Source: Octopus vulgaris
Taxonomy: Eukaryota
Length of the DNA stretch: 248,000 bases
Assembly (NCBI GenBank): GCA_951406725.2
Contig: OX597825.1
Location: 14,900,001-15,148,000, forward strand
Direction: 5' to 3'
Positions 182,899-198,647 of the stretch are shown piece by piece. Every line of letters starts with the position of its first letter. Position 1 is the stretch's first letter. Below the pieces are notes generated by a model, which was not told the origin of the DNA, searched no databases, and worked only from the letters and a program-made list of their open reading frames with translations. The position numbers and the translations under genes are program-made.

Positions 182899-184763
182899 TA
182901 GCTATGTACCTGTGAGTGTGTGTATAATATTTGAGGCAGAAAATATACTACTGTATAATTATTTAATTTATTTCTCGGGTAGGCATCTTCGGCATCACAA
183001 TTTAGATTTCCTTATCGATATAAGATTTATTTAAATGATATATACAATTAAATGGACTTCAAACTGTTCCATCTGGTGCGTGGCCATTATCGCCTTTGTA
183101 TCCCACGCAAATCTCATGAAAACTAAAACTGAAATTAATTATGATTTAGGATTTTAAAATTGTCTTCCTTAACTTGTAAAAATAATACTTTATCTAAAAT
183201 GTCACAGCATAAAGGAAATACGTATTGGTAAAACAATATATTTCGAATCACTGTTAATGTAAAGGTATTATCGTTTGTGAAAGGAAATCGTATAATGGGG
183301 GATAAATCAAACTTCCATGATAGGAGCTTAAAACTCCACAAGCACTACGACTGGAAACGCTAACATGTCCTTATTAGACTATAAAATGTGTATAACTTTA
183401 TTCTGAGTATGGCAATTGACAGCGAGTTAGAAACTTGTTAATAGCAGAAAACTTATATGATGATTTCTATATAGCGAAAAGATATTTCTGCAAATTGAGA
183501 ATTTAAAATTTTATTTCCGATTGTGGGGCAAGGCCAGCAAATTTGAGAGGTGTGCCACTCGATTACAATGCCACCTGTGTTGAAGTTGTATTTATTTTGT
183601 CGTCCCACAGAAGAATTTAAAAAAAGAGGACTTCGACGGAATTTGAACATCGAAAGGGAAGATTCGGAAAAACTCTTCTCGGCATTTTACGCAACGCGCC
183701 TCTGAATGTTTGCATGTAACTACCATATTACAATGCTCTAATTTCCGCTAATCAGACACGAAGATCTGTAAAATAATCAGAAGAGTACCTAATATATCGT
183801 TTAGATATATATAGAAAGGTGACAACTTCTGAAAGAATTATTTCTGTTATATTACGTTAACATTATGGCGGCACATGGCCTAGTGGTTAGAGCAGCGGAT
183901 TGCAGTCGAGGGATGGCGGGTTCGAATCTCAGACCGGGCGATATGTGTGTTTATGAGTGAAACACCTAACCTCCACGCGGCTCCGGCAGAAGGTAATGGC
184001 GAACTTCTGCTGACTCTTTCGCCACAACTTTCTTTCACTCTTTCCTCCTGAATCTTGCAGCTCACCTGCGACGGACCGGCGTCGCGTCCAGGTGGGGAAC
184101 CTATACGCCAAGGAAACCGGCAAACCGGCCATTATAAGCCAGAAGTGGCTCGAGAAGGAACAACAGAAAATGTTCCTTCTAAAGAATAAACAACAACGTT
184201 AAGACTATTTACATCAAGCACAAATATTTCAAAACTTGATTGTAAAAAAAGGCAAAAAAAAACATTGTGTTAAAAACGCATTTCAGAGATGGAACACATT
184301 CCACTATCAATTCAATTCACAAGGTATAAATTTCAAAAACATTTATATGCTTCGCTCTTGTATAGAAGCCTATTTATTCTCAAATAATGACCAACGCAAT
184401 AAATCAAAGCAGTACATATCCTCAGACATGCCCCTGTTCTCAAGAATTTACGATGCGAGTTTTCTCTCATTCAAGCCTATTTTCACTGAAATATGATTGA
184501 GATGCAATTTCTGAGCTAATAAGCGATGCTTTAGGTTTTAGGTTTGATGTATGGATGTATGTATATATATATGGATTTTGCCACGATAGATCGTTAGCCA
184601 CTACACACATTTTTTTCTCTCCTTGTTTTTTTCTGTGTCCCGTTATGTAGAAGAGCGTAGGCTCGAAACGTAAAATACTTTTTCTATTCCTGAGCATTAT
184701 ACTAATATATGTGTTTGTTTTCTACGCCACCTGTCTTCGTATTTTGTATTTTTCGTAAACTCT

Positions 184764-184807
<44 letters not shown>

Positions 184808-187800
184808 CCATATATATACATACATAGATATATATGTATGTATGTATGTATTTATGTATGTATGTATGTATGTATGTATGTATGTATGTATGTATGTATG
184901 TATGTATATACGTATGTATGTATTTGTGTGTCAGTGTTTACGTCTCCGTAACATAGTGGTTCGGCAAATGAGACCGATAGAGTAAGAACTAAGCTTACAA
185001 AGAATAAGTCCTGGGGTCGATTTCTTCGACTAAAGGCAGAGCTTCAGTATGGCCATAATGAAATGACTGAAACAAGTAAAAGAATAAACGAATGTATATT
185101 CGATTACCGAAGGGTGCGCCTGTTCGTCTATAACTACTCAAATGATGCATACACAAGCCGCTATACGGGCAAGATTACCGATGGCTCTATTCGTTCTCTC
185201 TGCCTCTTTCTCTGTTTTTCTCTTTCTTCCATATCAAATTACTGCTCGCCTTACATTTGTCTGATAATTTCAATTATAAACTTCAACTTCTTCACTTCTA
185301 AAATATAATTTTTTTATCTATTCAGCAATCACACACAAACACACACACTTTTGCTCACATACATACGCGTGTGCGTGCGTACAAAAACGTATGAGCAACG
185401 CATTATTCCAATGCGTACATTATAGAACATCAGTAGAAATAAAAATAATATTAATAACGTTTCGCAGAAGAAATATCTAAAATATTAGCACACTTTCTTA
185501 TTAGCAAGAAACTTTTTATCACATCTCAAATTTATTTTTTACCTTATATCATTTTAGATCTTCAGATTTTACCCTTTAGAGGATCACAGGTCCGGAAACT
185601 GCCAACAAACGTGTTATTTTAGTTTAACAAGAAAATATTTACTTTTAAATTTTCAAACGATTTTTAAAATTTTTATTATATTATTATTGTTTTTTTCAGT
185701 TAGCCACTTATTACTGTTGAGGGATTTAATGCGGTATGTTTTGTTGATGTTTATGAATTTATTTTACATCGGAAATGAATATTTTGTTTACACTTGGAAG
185801 CACTTCTTGTGTAGCCTACTGTAAATTTAAAATACCTCTACCAGATTTTCTTAAGTCGGATAATCAATTACATATACATGTACAAGAATACACAATCACA
185901 GAAGTTTGTGTGTGTGTGTGTATATATATATGCACACACACACACACACACACACACGCATATATATGTATATATTTATTTATTTGCAAGCATTGTAAGG
186001 TATTTTAATAGTAAGAGCAGCAAGGTAGAGTCAAGAACAACATACGGATGTATCAATAGCGCATATAGACATACATATTCTTAATAGTGTAAATACGATT
186101 TCCTCTTCTAGTTAGGCATACATCCACAAATATACACAAGGCGTACCCTAGCATGCAGCCCACAGTCAACTGTAGGTTCAGGATCGAACGTAAGATTCGG
186201 AGTGTGGTGTAGTATAAATAATAACACACATGGGCTGCGTTTCACTACAGCTGTTTCACACATCCATTTTAATTGATGAACGAATAATTTACATCTTTAA
186301 AAAAAAATCGTTTTCTTCAGCTGCATTAAATTTAGACTCCAAAATTTAATGTCACCAATAAAGTCACGATGAATTCATATACGTGTTCTCTTGCGCTTTA
186401 CCTTGGATTTATTTCGCTTTGTTCCTGCCTTACACTCCAATTATATATATATATACATAAACAAACAAATGCCGAAAGTGCGCAGATACTTCCACTTCAT
186501 ATATGTTGCAACCACGATAAAGAGAGTTTCAAAGACCACGATAAAAAGAGTTGCAAAGACGTCGAGCGCATAGATTGCGATGATATAAACATATTCATTT
186601 GAAAAATCCCGACACCTAGAAGAAACCGGTTATGTAATGCTAGCCAGAAAGAATATTTAATATTGTTACACTTGTTTCTGTCGCTTCAATTTCTCATTAA
186701 ATAATTGACATAATTCTCTTAACATTTTTTGTCTATTTTTATCCATTTTTGTTTATATAACACGACCTGTACAGAAATATTTAAATATTATACACTCTTT
186801 ACATACACATGCATACCTTACATACATTACGCGCATGCATGCACATACACACTCACAGGCGTATATATATATATGTTGTATGAATGTATATATATATACA
186901 CACACACAAGAGGAAGGAGGCAGAGGCAGAGAGACGGAAGCGGGGTCAAAAACACTGAGAGACTTTAACGCCGTATGATTTATTGGTTTTAGCCTCTGGA
187001 GATAACATACAGCTGGACCTGACCAACTTGAATAAATCTATGATCACAACATAATTTCATAAAGAGAATAAATCATGAACAATGGAGATTTGTCACTAAA
187101 TATGGAAAGATGATTGCATTCCACCACTTATAATTTATTTTCTCTAATATTTTGCCTGCCACAACTGATAAGATGGCAAGTAAGCTTGGAAACCGCTTTC
187201 TACTTTCATGGACGATCTTAACGTTTCTGACACTTATTACGGCCAGTTATTTATTATGAAAATCTATCACTACACAATTGAGATTGCTCATATTCGTATA
187301 GTAGTGTCATTTTATGAACCTAACTTTTACATGATATTACCAATCATTTTCTTGCTTCGAAGTCCACTGTCTTGAAAAATGAAAGATTTCGCCTTCTCTC
187401 GAAAGCTTCTAATTTCTTATGATATCAACAACATACAATTTTCGATGGTAAGAACAAAGATTCCAGAACATAGAGAGAAATCGTAATGATTGCTTTAGTC
187501 AGATAATAGGACACCTATCGTATTTACAGTAGATGTGGGGTCGTGTCCCAGGGATGGTTTCTGCCCAATAATGTTTTTGAACCCAATATGTACATGCTGT
187601 GAAGTTTAGCCTAGAGATTCACAGTTCCAAAAATAATTCTAAAGACTCCTGCTTTGTGTCAAACGGAAATGCAAACCGATATTCACGATATGCATCTAGG
187701 CAGTGTTGTGTTTAAATGCCACTCATAAATTCGTTGACCAACCTGAGGCTTCATCAAAACATATTAGCCAAAGGCTTTGCGTTGTGGAATCATGCTATAA

Positions 187801-188039
187801 AAATATTACTATTCAACTGCGAGATCAAACAGTTATGCCTTGTTTGCTTTGCATGTGAGTCAAGAAAATCAGCCTCAGAAGCAAGCCTGTGAAATGATAA
187901 AGCATTCGATATTAGAGGAAGTTATGAATACCATTTCTTACGTTGGAATGTTAACCGAGATACCATGACTTCATCCGTTAATTATCTCTGAAAGTACAAA
188001 ACAGTATCGTGTACAGAGAAGGACGATGAATAACTTTTA

Positions 188040-188265
188040 ATTAGGATTCTTAACTCGGCCAACTGTAATCCCATGGATTTACTTATGTGCGGGCAGCAGT
188101 TGAGAAAGACACCAACCGCTCTGGCTGCAACACCAGGGCAGAGTTGTTGACCATTTTCAAGGATGCGTTTTCTCAGGGACAAAGGGACATATACGCCAGG
188201 TTCCAGAGCCGGTTCGAGGGCGTGACAGAAGCTGAGAGCTGATATTTTCAATAAACTGCTATCTC
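188040..188265 (+). pseudogene. C-terminal fragment of a maT/DD37D-type Tc1-mariner transposase
   Basis: NSANCNPMD, then (frameshift) AAVEKDTNRSGCNTRAELL, resembling SPDCNPLDYYVWGAVERDTN. Confidence 0.55.
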
Positions 188266-191200
188266 AAAGCCATAATTTAGTTGATCATTTTTTAATGTTT
188301 AAAAAACCTTTCTTTTTAGACGGGATACTGTGCTTTGTTTCTCCTTTTTGCTCATTGAGAAATTTAGCCCAAACACGATGTCATAGATAGATAGCTGTGA
188401 ATAGAGTACATTAGACCCTACTACGAACATGAAATGTTCCTTTAAAATAATTTCAATGATCATTTCTGTTTTATCAACGGATTTATATAACGTTTGATGT
188501 CGATTTTGTCATGTATAATATATAACCTATCAAACTTTTCTACACACCGAACGTGTGGTTCTTACATTCGTACCCTTAATTACTAATGACTACATTACAC
188601 TTACAATAATTATTGTCTAGATTAATTTTTAAAACATATTTAAAATTTACGAATGTATAATATGATGTTGCCATTATTCTAGATGTGTTAAATCTATCAC
188701 TCCAGGAATATTTACATTGCTATATTTTGACCGTTTTGTTAAAATATGGAGCACTTACGTGAAAAATAATTGTATTTACACGTCACCAAACACAGCAGTA
188801 TATATAATATATGATGCTCATATGCACATACATACGTATTTCTATCTTACTGTCTGTCTTATGTATAGGTATAAATTTACGTATACATACATACATGCGA
188901 AAGAGAATGTCACCATTGAACGCACATATGAGTTTATATGTGACAACATATTCTTTTATGTATATCTTTATATCAATTATATTTATTGGCGTGCACTCTT
189001 GAAAGCAGATATACCATATGTACATAACAATAAAATTCAATTTTATCTCGACTTCAATTGATATTTTGTACTTGAAATTTCACACCGTTCACAAAAATAA
189101 AAATAAAAAAATTTTATTTGAAATACTTTGAATTTCGATAAGTATATTTCATATATAAATAAAGTGAAATGCACTTCTTTTATATTCAAATTGATCACGT
189201 TACCAACCGTCTCTCGGAAAAGTCTATTCTCTATGGAATACAGGGATTAAGAACATAATATACGGAATTGACCGCACTACGGGTATTTATAATTTCATGT
189301 GAGCTTACGAATAATGCAGTACTTAATGCTATTGTTGTTTATCAAATGATCAGACCTGACCTTTATTACGCTTGCTATAAAATTCTCTCTAGACAAGAAC
189401 ATTATATCAATACACGTGCACGCGCGTATATAGGGTGGCGGAGGGGAAAGTAGCCCGGGTTCTGCAGCAAAGTGTAAATACAGAGATAAATTTGCATATG
189501 CTGGAAAGGCCTTAGCTTCATAGATTTTGAAAATGGTTGCCTCTAGTATCACTACACAGCTGTTCATCTCAAAACATGTTTAGATACACTCGGTTTAAAA
189601 TAGTGGTATCAATTGCGCCGACAGCATGCGTGGTATCGTCCTTCATTCCTATATCATGTGCAAATAGTTCATTCGTAAACTGTTCTCTTCAAACGTTCTC
189701 AGAGGTATAAACTAAACGTTGAAAGGGAAGAAGGACGTGGTAGCCACGAAACTTTTTAATAACTGCGCTCCCCAAGAAAAAAACCCGATGGAACCGCTAC
189801 ATAGAAACAAGAGAAATTTAACAAACCGCTTTGTTCTTTTGCAAGAAATACACTTGTCTTTCATCTTCAGTGATGTGAGCACAAAATTGGTCTAAAATGT
189901 TCTTGCAGACCTCCTTGTTTAGAATTCTCTCAGGATATATCACTCCCATAATGCCTTTCCCTGAAACAGTTCACCGAACATGTATGTGTTTTTTTTTTTC
190001 TTGGAGTGGCTGCTCATACATAAGTTGAGTATTCTCCTCCGCCCAATGCCGTTTGTTTTACGAATTTATGTGGCCAGGATAATAAAACCATGCCTCACCA
190101 AACATTATATACTGGAATCGGTATAATCCACCATTAGCCATGCTATTAAGAAGACGTGTGAAATAATTCACTCGTTATATATATTTTTAGGCAGAATGGT
190201 ATACATATAAGATTCCAATACCTTATGAGTAAAATCTAATATATATATATATTCATATATGTACATTATTACGTCCGTATATATAAATATATACTGACTC
190301 TTTCACCACAACTTTCACTCACTTTTTCTTCCTGCATCTTGCAGCTCCCCTGCGATGGACCGACGTCCCGTCTAGGTGGGGAACCTGTACGCCAAGGAAA
190401 CGGAGAAACCGGCCCTTATGAACCAGTCGTTGCTCAAGAAGGAACAAACAACTGTTCCTTCGAAAGGATGAACAACAAAAATATAGATCTAGATCTCAGG
190501 TACTTATTTTATTGACCACAGGACAGTATGGCGTACATATATCGGCGGGCCTTGAAATTAGATACTGAAGGGACATAAATCAATACTGAATGTAATGGTT
190601 TTCAACGCTTAAACGATTCTGCCACTTCGTTTGACAATGTCGTTTATACTTACGTTCTATTCACTTCCTAAACCTATATTTGTATAAAAATATGCTTATT
190701 TTTTCATGCATTATTCAATATTATCTATTTTAATTCATAAGCAGAAATTCAGACTATATTTCGTTTGATATTCTCAGATATAACAGATAAGAATTAGATT
190801 TTCGAGACAGATGTGGGTTATTCATATCGACCCATGGTAAAATAAATTAACATTTTAGACGTGAATAATACATATAATACCAAAAGCTGCCTTATGGATT
190901 TTTCACACCAGCCTCTGTGTATTAAAATGTAAAATTATATCTACATTCCTGTCAAATCAACTAACAAATATATTAGATACGTATCTATCCGCATACATAA
191001 CTGTCCTATTTATTGCAAGATGGAACGCGTCCAGAACGTTATCGAAGTCAGCGACTAATGGAGTAAATAATGCGAACATTGAAAATATTTAACATAGATG
191101 TTTCCCGGTAGGCTGGTCATGCATCAGATTGTCCGCTCTCTTGGAACAAATTTCTCGTTGGACGTTTCAAGTAACCGGAAAGAAGTTAACTGAAATTCAA

Positions 191201-191595
191201 GTTGATGGAAAGAAAACTGAACAGATGGAAAGAAACGAAAGAAGACTGCTAGATCTCGTTGCGCTTCGATTGTTATAACCTTGTTTTCGGCTTACTTCGG
191301 GTAAAAATAGGCATATAAAAATATCTCTGATCACAGATATAGTCAATGGCTACAACTTCACAAACCCGAGAATTACAAATGATTATGATTCGTATTATAT
191401 CTCGACTTATTCATGTTATATTACTGTTTCGTTTCCTGCATTCTAGATGACATGTTAATAGTCAGGAATAACACAGTTTTAGAATGGTTATTACAGTAAG
191501 AAATAAAATGTATTCTTAGGATATAAAGTACATGGCTTACCATATGGAATGTCTAAATTTGTTTCACCACACATAGATATTTAGGTATATATATA

Positions 191596-192001
191596 CTCTT
191601 TACTCTCTTTTACTTGTTTCAGTCATTTGACTGCGGCCATGCTGGAGCATCGCCTTTAGTCGAACAAATCGACCCCGGGACTTATTCTTTGTAAGCCCAG
191701 TACTTATTCTATCGGTCTCTTTTGCCGAACCGCTAAGTTACGGGGACATAAACACACCAGCATCGGTTGTCAAGCAATGCTAAAGGGACAAACACAGACA
191801 CACAAACACACACACATTCATATATATATATACATATATACGACAGGCTTCTTTCAGTTTCCGTCTACCAAATCCACTCACAAGGCACTGGTCGGCCCGT
191901 GGCTATAGCAGAAGACACTTGCCCAAGATGCCACGCAGTGGGACTGAATCCGGAACCATGTGGTTGGTTAGCAAGCTACTTAACACACAGCCACTCCTGC
192001 G

Positions 192002-192004
<3 letters not shown>
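191596..192004 (-). mobile_element. SINE group B
   Basis: Full-length match. Confidence 0.85.
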
Positions 192005-192051
<47 letters not shown>

Positions 192052-192969
192052 CGCACATAGTTACCTTCCACTGAGACACACTTAAAGATACAGATATACA
192101 TCCATTCATACTCGTGTGTGTACATGTGCGTATGTGTGTTTGTCTGTGTGTGAATGTGCGTGTGTGAGTGTGTCTGTGTATTTGTGAGAATGCATCGGGT
192201 ATATAATTTTAAGAAGTGTTTGTGTAAGTTCTTGTGGATAGAAATGAAGCTTTGTAGTTTTGTGGAATGAAACAAGTGTAATAAAACTGTTAGACGTTTC
192301 TTAAAGAGGAATTCAAAACCAAAAATTTTTGCCATTATTAATATATGGCATATTCGCCTGCCATTAGTGTACAAGTTATACGCATGATGTTTGTTACATT
192401 TTATGGCATGCTCATTGACTACAAAATTTACACTTAGTAAGGAACGTTATGTTTAAAGGGTTGAAAAAAAATCAGCTATGAAGGTAGCCATGTATCTTGA
192501 GGGGACGTGTAATGCGATACATAATAGCGATTGGTTGAATAACGAGAGAACCAAAACGAATTCTACGTGAATCACTCAAGTGACAGTAAGTTTGGAAGAT
192601 GAGAGATCATATGAAGTACCTCTCAGTGTTAATTTGACTTGAAAAATTGAGCTTCTCGTAAAGAAATATCGCAAAGTTTCCAGAGACTGCTCGTCGTGTA
192701 GCATGCTTCCTAATAACTCTATCCCATGTCTTACTGTGTAAGTTTCCCAGTTATATATATATTCGAGATAAAGTAATAAAGTGAATGCATATTGATAAAA
192801 TACACACACATATATATATGCGGTATCCATAAATGAAACTGAAGGAGATTTTTGAATAGACAGACAAACACATAAAATGTTATTAGGAAACAAAACCACT
192901 CCGACTTGGGCTCCCTTAGTTGCACGTTATGCATCTAGATGGTGTTCATGTATATATTAATAGTAATAG

Positions 192970-193014
<45 letters not shown>

Positions 193015-193385
193015 AAAAAAGGTTTGAAAATGCAATTTAAACGATGTTTATTTACTTAACCGGGTTCACTCTTTGGTAAAAGATTGTCAAAAGTAACATT
193101 AAAAGTAACATTGAATAATATGGGTTCAAAAAAGTTTTTTACATAATTGTCACATTGGATATTATGAATTCAAAAATGTTTTTTTATACAAAATTGTCAC
193201 ATTACATGTATAAATATACATAAATATACAATTTTGAACCCATATTATCCAATGTTATTTTTAATGTTACTTTTGACAATCTTTTCCAAAGAGTGAAACC
193301 GGTTAAGTAAATAAACATCGTTTAAATTGCATTTTCAAACCTTTTTCCTTATATAATCCCAATCGTGCGATACCCCACAACTCAA

Positions 193386-193435
<50 letters not shown>

Positions 193436-193488
193436 ATGGTCCCATCTGTCATTGTAAAGAGAACTTATAAACACTTTACATGGGTGTG

Positions 193489-193532
<44 letters not shown>

Positions 193533-193556
193533 TATATATATACACATGCGCACACT

Positions 193557-193627
<71 letters not shown>

Positions 193628-193888
193628 TGAGGGAGATAAATTAATATTAATTTTAATATCAATTTAAAACCAGTAGTTCAGCATTCAAAAAATCTGAGGA
193701 GTCAGAGAAAATTCAAATATATGTGTATATTGGCAGAGGCTGGCCTGCTAGGTAGCCGGCCATAATGCTAGAAGAAGATCATCAACGATCAAACTACAAG
193801 GGAAATTCTCTAGAGGAAGAATTCAGCGAACACCAGAACCAACTTTGGCGGGCAGGACATATGAAAAATTATATAAATAACAGACTTA

Positions 193889-193964
193889 AATGCATACCTC
193901 GGTTTCGGTCTTAACAAAAGAATTACTTGCATAATTCCAGTGTCCGTGACTTCATCAGTACATT
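193889..193964 (-). ncRNA. Canonical type I hammerhead ribozyme (H2, unit 1)
   Basis: AAUGUA-CUGAUGA-A-GUC...GAC-C-GAAA-CCGAG-GUA-UGCAUU; helix I AAUGUA/UGCAUU, cleavage triplet GUA. Confidence 0.85.
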
Positions 193965-194434
193965 CGGTCCTCGAGATGCAAACCGCAAGACTAACCCCAG
194001 CTCTCAGTGTCAAGACAGACACGTGCTTAGTCTTACTGATTACATCGGGAATAAAATTTCAAATGTCTTGGTTCTGGCGCGCTGAGAGACTCCTGAAGCG
194101 AAGGGCTGCAGTGAATAATTCACTGCGGGTAGTGCTTACAACTAGGGAACATATTTATTTAAATATGTAAAAATTGAGGGAGATAAATTAATATTAATTT
194201 TAATATCAATTTAAAACCAGTAGTCCAGCATTCAAAAAATCTGAGGAGTCAGAGAAAATTCAAATATATGTGTATATTGGCAGAGCTGGCCTGCTAGGTA
194301 GCCGGCCAGAATGCTAGAAGAAGATCATCAACGATCAAACTACAAGGGAAATTCTCTAGAGGAAGAATTAAGCGAACACCAGAACCAGCTTTGGCGGGCA
194401 GGACATATGAAAAATTATATAAATAACAGACTTA

Positions 194435-194510
194435 AATGCATACCTCGGTTTCGGTCTTAACAAAAGAATTACTTGCATAATTCCAGTGTCCGTGACTTCA
194501 TCAGTACATT
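194435..194510 (-). ncRNA. Canonical type I hammerhead ribozyme (H2, unit 2)
   Basis: Identical to unit 1, 546 nt away. Confidence 0.85.
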
Positions 194511-195148
194511 CGGTCCTCGAGATGCAAACCGCAAGACTAACCCCAGCTCTCAGTGTCGAGACAGTCACGTGCTTAGTCTTACTGATTACATCGGGAATAA
194601 AATTTCAAATGTCTTGGTTCTGGCGCACTGAGAGACTCCTGAAGCAAAGGGCTGCAGTGAATAATTCACTGCGGGTAGTGCTTACAACTAGGGAACGTAT
194701 TTATTTAAATATTTAAAAATTGAGGGAGATAAATTAATATTAATTTTAATATCAATTTAAAACCAGTAGTCCAGCATTCAAAAAATCTGAGGAGTCAGAG
194801 AAAATTCAAATATATGTGTATGTTGGGAGATATTGGCAGGAGTCTCTCAGCGCGCCAGAACCAAGACATTTGAAATTTTATTCCCGATGTAATCAGTAAG
194901 ACTAAGCACGTGTCTGTCTCGACACAGAGAGCTGGGGTTAGTCTTGCGGTTTGCATCTCGAGGACCGAATGTACCGAGGTATGCATTTAAGTCTGTTATT
195001 TATATAATTTTTCATATGTCCTGCCCGCCAAAGTTGGTTCTGGTGTTCGCTGAATTCTTCCTCTAGAGAATTTCCCTTGTAGTTTGATCGTTGATGATCT
195101 TCTTCTAGCATCCTGGCCAGCTACCTAGCAGGCCAGCCCTGGCAATAT

Positions 195149-195596
<448 letters not shown>

Positions 195597-195829
195597 TTTA
195601 TACACATAAGTTTTTCACTTTCAAATTTTTGTTCCTGTCGAATCTTATCCATTATTGTTGTGGATCTCTAATGCGCTGAATCTTCACCCTAGGTGTAGAT
195701 TCCTTGTGTATAATTAATATATAGTCTTTTTGACGATTTTTTTTTTCACGTTAGACCACTGGAAATGTAAATTTTGATTGAATATTTTAAATTTAATTAA
195801 ATTCCATTTCCCTTTCTGATATGATTAAG

Positions 195830-195893
<64 letters not shown>

Positions 195894-196189
195894 GCATACA
195901 TAACTATATAGATAGATAGATTAGATGTAATGAGAGAGAGGTGGGAATTGCGTGTGTGGGGGCATTTATGTAAGCACGTCGACATTCCCATGCCTATGCC
196001 AGGGTCTGATCACTAAATATCAGGATTGTTGCCTTAGTAGTGAATCTAAAGCATTCAGAGTAAAGCCGCTTGGCAAAGATTTACTGCACTAACTTTTAAT
196101 GTTTCGAGCTCACATCCGCCGTTTACAATAGTGCTTGGAATGAAACTGTGTAGCGTCTGATCATTTCATTAACCATGTCAGAGAATGTT

Positions 196190-196560
196190 GTCATCATGAT
196201 ACCTGCTCAGAGGCCTACGCAAATTTGCAGAAAATCTATGGAGAGGAGTGCACGAGCCGCAGCCAAATGTACCAATGTTTCAAACATTTCCAAGATGGCC
196301 GAGAAATGTCGATATTGACAAACATTCTGCACGACACGCAACCAGCAGAACTGTGCGTGTAACCTTGAGGGGAAATCGTCGAATTACTACCCGTGTGTTA
196401 TCAGAGAATATGCAGATTAGTTACGGTTCAGTTCAGTCCATTACCATATCAATATGAGAGGTGTGTCTTCCAAGTTTGTGCCAAAACTGATTTCAGCTGA
196501 CCAGAAAAATACTAGGGTTTAAGTTGCAAAAAACCTCATTGATAGTGTCGAGAATCAGGA
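196190..196560 (+). pseudogene. Mariner transposase N-terminal HTH fragment
   Basis: EAYANLQKIYGEECTSRSQMYQCFKHFQDGRE... and later SKFVPKLISADQK. Confidence 0.65.
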
Positions 196561-196823
196561 AAAAAAACTTTGAAAACATTACGTAGGCTTCTGAGTAGCT
196601 ATTACGTAGCATTTGGCAAAATTAGATGTAGATTCTCTACTCAACTTCCTCCCTCATGGTCAATTGGATGATCACACGCTACAGGCGTTCCTTTGAAATA
196701 CTGCTGTGCTTAGCGGAAGAAAGTTAGAACGTTAAAACTCAGGACAAATGTACAGCGGCTCTACCCTGCATGCTTTAGCGTCGTTATTATGTCAACATTC
196801 CGGATACTTATTGATCAGCAATG

Positions 196824-196894
<71 letters not shown>

Positions 196895-198224
196895 GAGGTT
196901 GTAAGAGATGATGGTGTCATTGAGACCCAAGGGTGTCAGGTAATGCTGAATAAGTGCTATAGACAGACCATAGTTAAGTTCCAGATTCGGTAATATTGCG
197001 AATAAAGGGTTCAACGTTGGTTCTATATCAGCGTGTGTATATATGAATTTATATATGATTAATAATATTAATTAATAATGATATTATTAAATAATATTCT
197101 AGAATCAGCTGTAAGACCTTCTATCTATAAATGCTCTAATATCTATACAGCCTTGCTTTTTTTTCATCTCATTACACAAAAAAATTCATATATATATATA
197201 TATATACATATACTTATTACGTATCATCGAACCTTATTATGTTTCATTCCATTGAAACTACATTCATCTGACATAAAGATGGGATGTATATAGATTGAAC
197301 ACCTTTCATCATAGCGCTACTTGATCGGTGGTATCTGGAGGCTGTAATACTTCACGCTCTAAATTGGAACCGCGTCGAAATCTCGGTGTAGTTCTCTTAA
197401 AGTTACGACTCAGAAGTCAATAAAATATGTAACTGTCAAATATTGCTTTCTATATTTTCGACTTATGTCCGTGATACAAATCAATATTAACACGCAAGTT
197501 AAAGTGTCAGATTATATTTATTATTTCGAAGGTTATAGTGAAGAAACAATTTCTTCTATCTGTTATACGACTTTATGTCGCAATTGAAGAATGTTTGAGA
197601 GGAACGATTAATGAACAGTTGGAGAAGCATAAGATTTGCAACACGAACAATATGGAATTCGTTCGATATGCAAGAAATAGTATACAACAGATCTTACCCA
197701 AATCAAATCTGAACACTTCAAATGAATTGAATTGTAGATATAACATAATCAAAGGGCGGTGAGCTGGCAGAAACGTTAGCGCGTCGGGTGAAATACTTAG
197801 CGGTATTTCGTCGGCCGTTACGTTCTGAGTTCAAATTCTGCCGAGGTCGACTTTGCCTTTCATCCTTTCGGGGTCAATAAAATTAAGTACCAGTTACGCA
197901 CTGATGTAGATATAATCGACTTAATCTGTTTGTCTGTCCTTGTTTGTCCTCTCTCTGTTTAGCCCCCTGTGGGTAGGAAACAAATAGAAATAGATATAAC
198001 ATAGTGAAGTGAATTGACTCCACAGACATTAACCGAAATGAATCTATGAGACAGGCGTCCAAAGAACACTAGATGCGATCTGGCGTGCTTTTTGTGTCCT
198101 AGGAATATTACCAGTTTCTCGTTCAAAGTCCAATTATATATTATTTTGCAAGTGATGTTGTGCTATGTCGTTGAAAGACACCACATATGTGCAGCGCAAG
198201 ACACAGTCTTCATTGTTATAAATA

Positions 198225-198647
198225 TGGGATACATATGTACTTACTTGTAATTGTGGCGACATTCACCCTGGGCGGGTTGAGTTGGTTTCTTTCACCACCC
198301 TCGAGGCATCTCGAACCATGGCGGTGGAAGAAGTTTCGTGGGAATATGTAGATTTCACAAGCGGTCCCCTACAATCCCGCATGTAAAGATATCCTGTTTG
198401 CCGCAGATTGTCCGCAGACGCAGGTACAGAACGACCGAGGAGCCGCCGGTTGCCGAAACAGACACTCCGAGGATCTTCACCAGAACCCCTTCTGCCGGGT
198501 TGTGGCCCTAATACCACTCGGTGTCAGACCAATCCGCCTTGGGTGGCCCTACCAGGAACCGAAGTTCCCGACGGCATAGCTCTGACACTACTAGTTGCCA
198601 GCGTCCGTACCACGGTGAGGAGGGTATGGACTTTGGGATACATATGT
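198225..198647 (-). mobile_element. GC-rich about 410-bp insertion with 14-bp TSD, probably a truncated LINE piece
   Basis: TGGGATACATATGT on both flanks; minus-strand end ACAAGTAAGT; weak L1/Tx1-like VKILGV motif. Confidence 0.5.

Noticed and set aside
186369-186602. 77-aa ORF with a signal-peptide-like start
   Set aside because: Includes a (TA)n run, and there is no homology or expression evidence.
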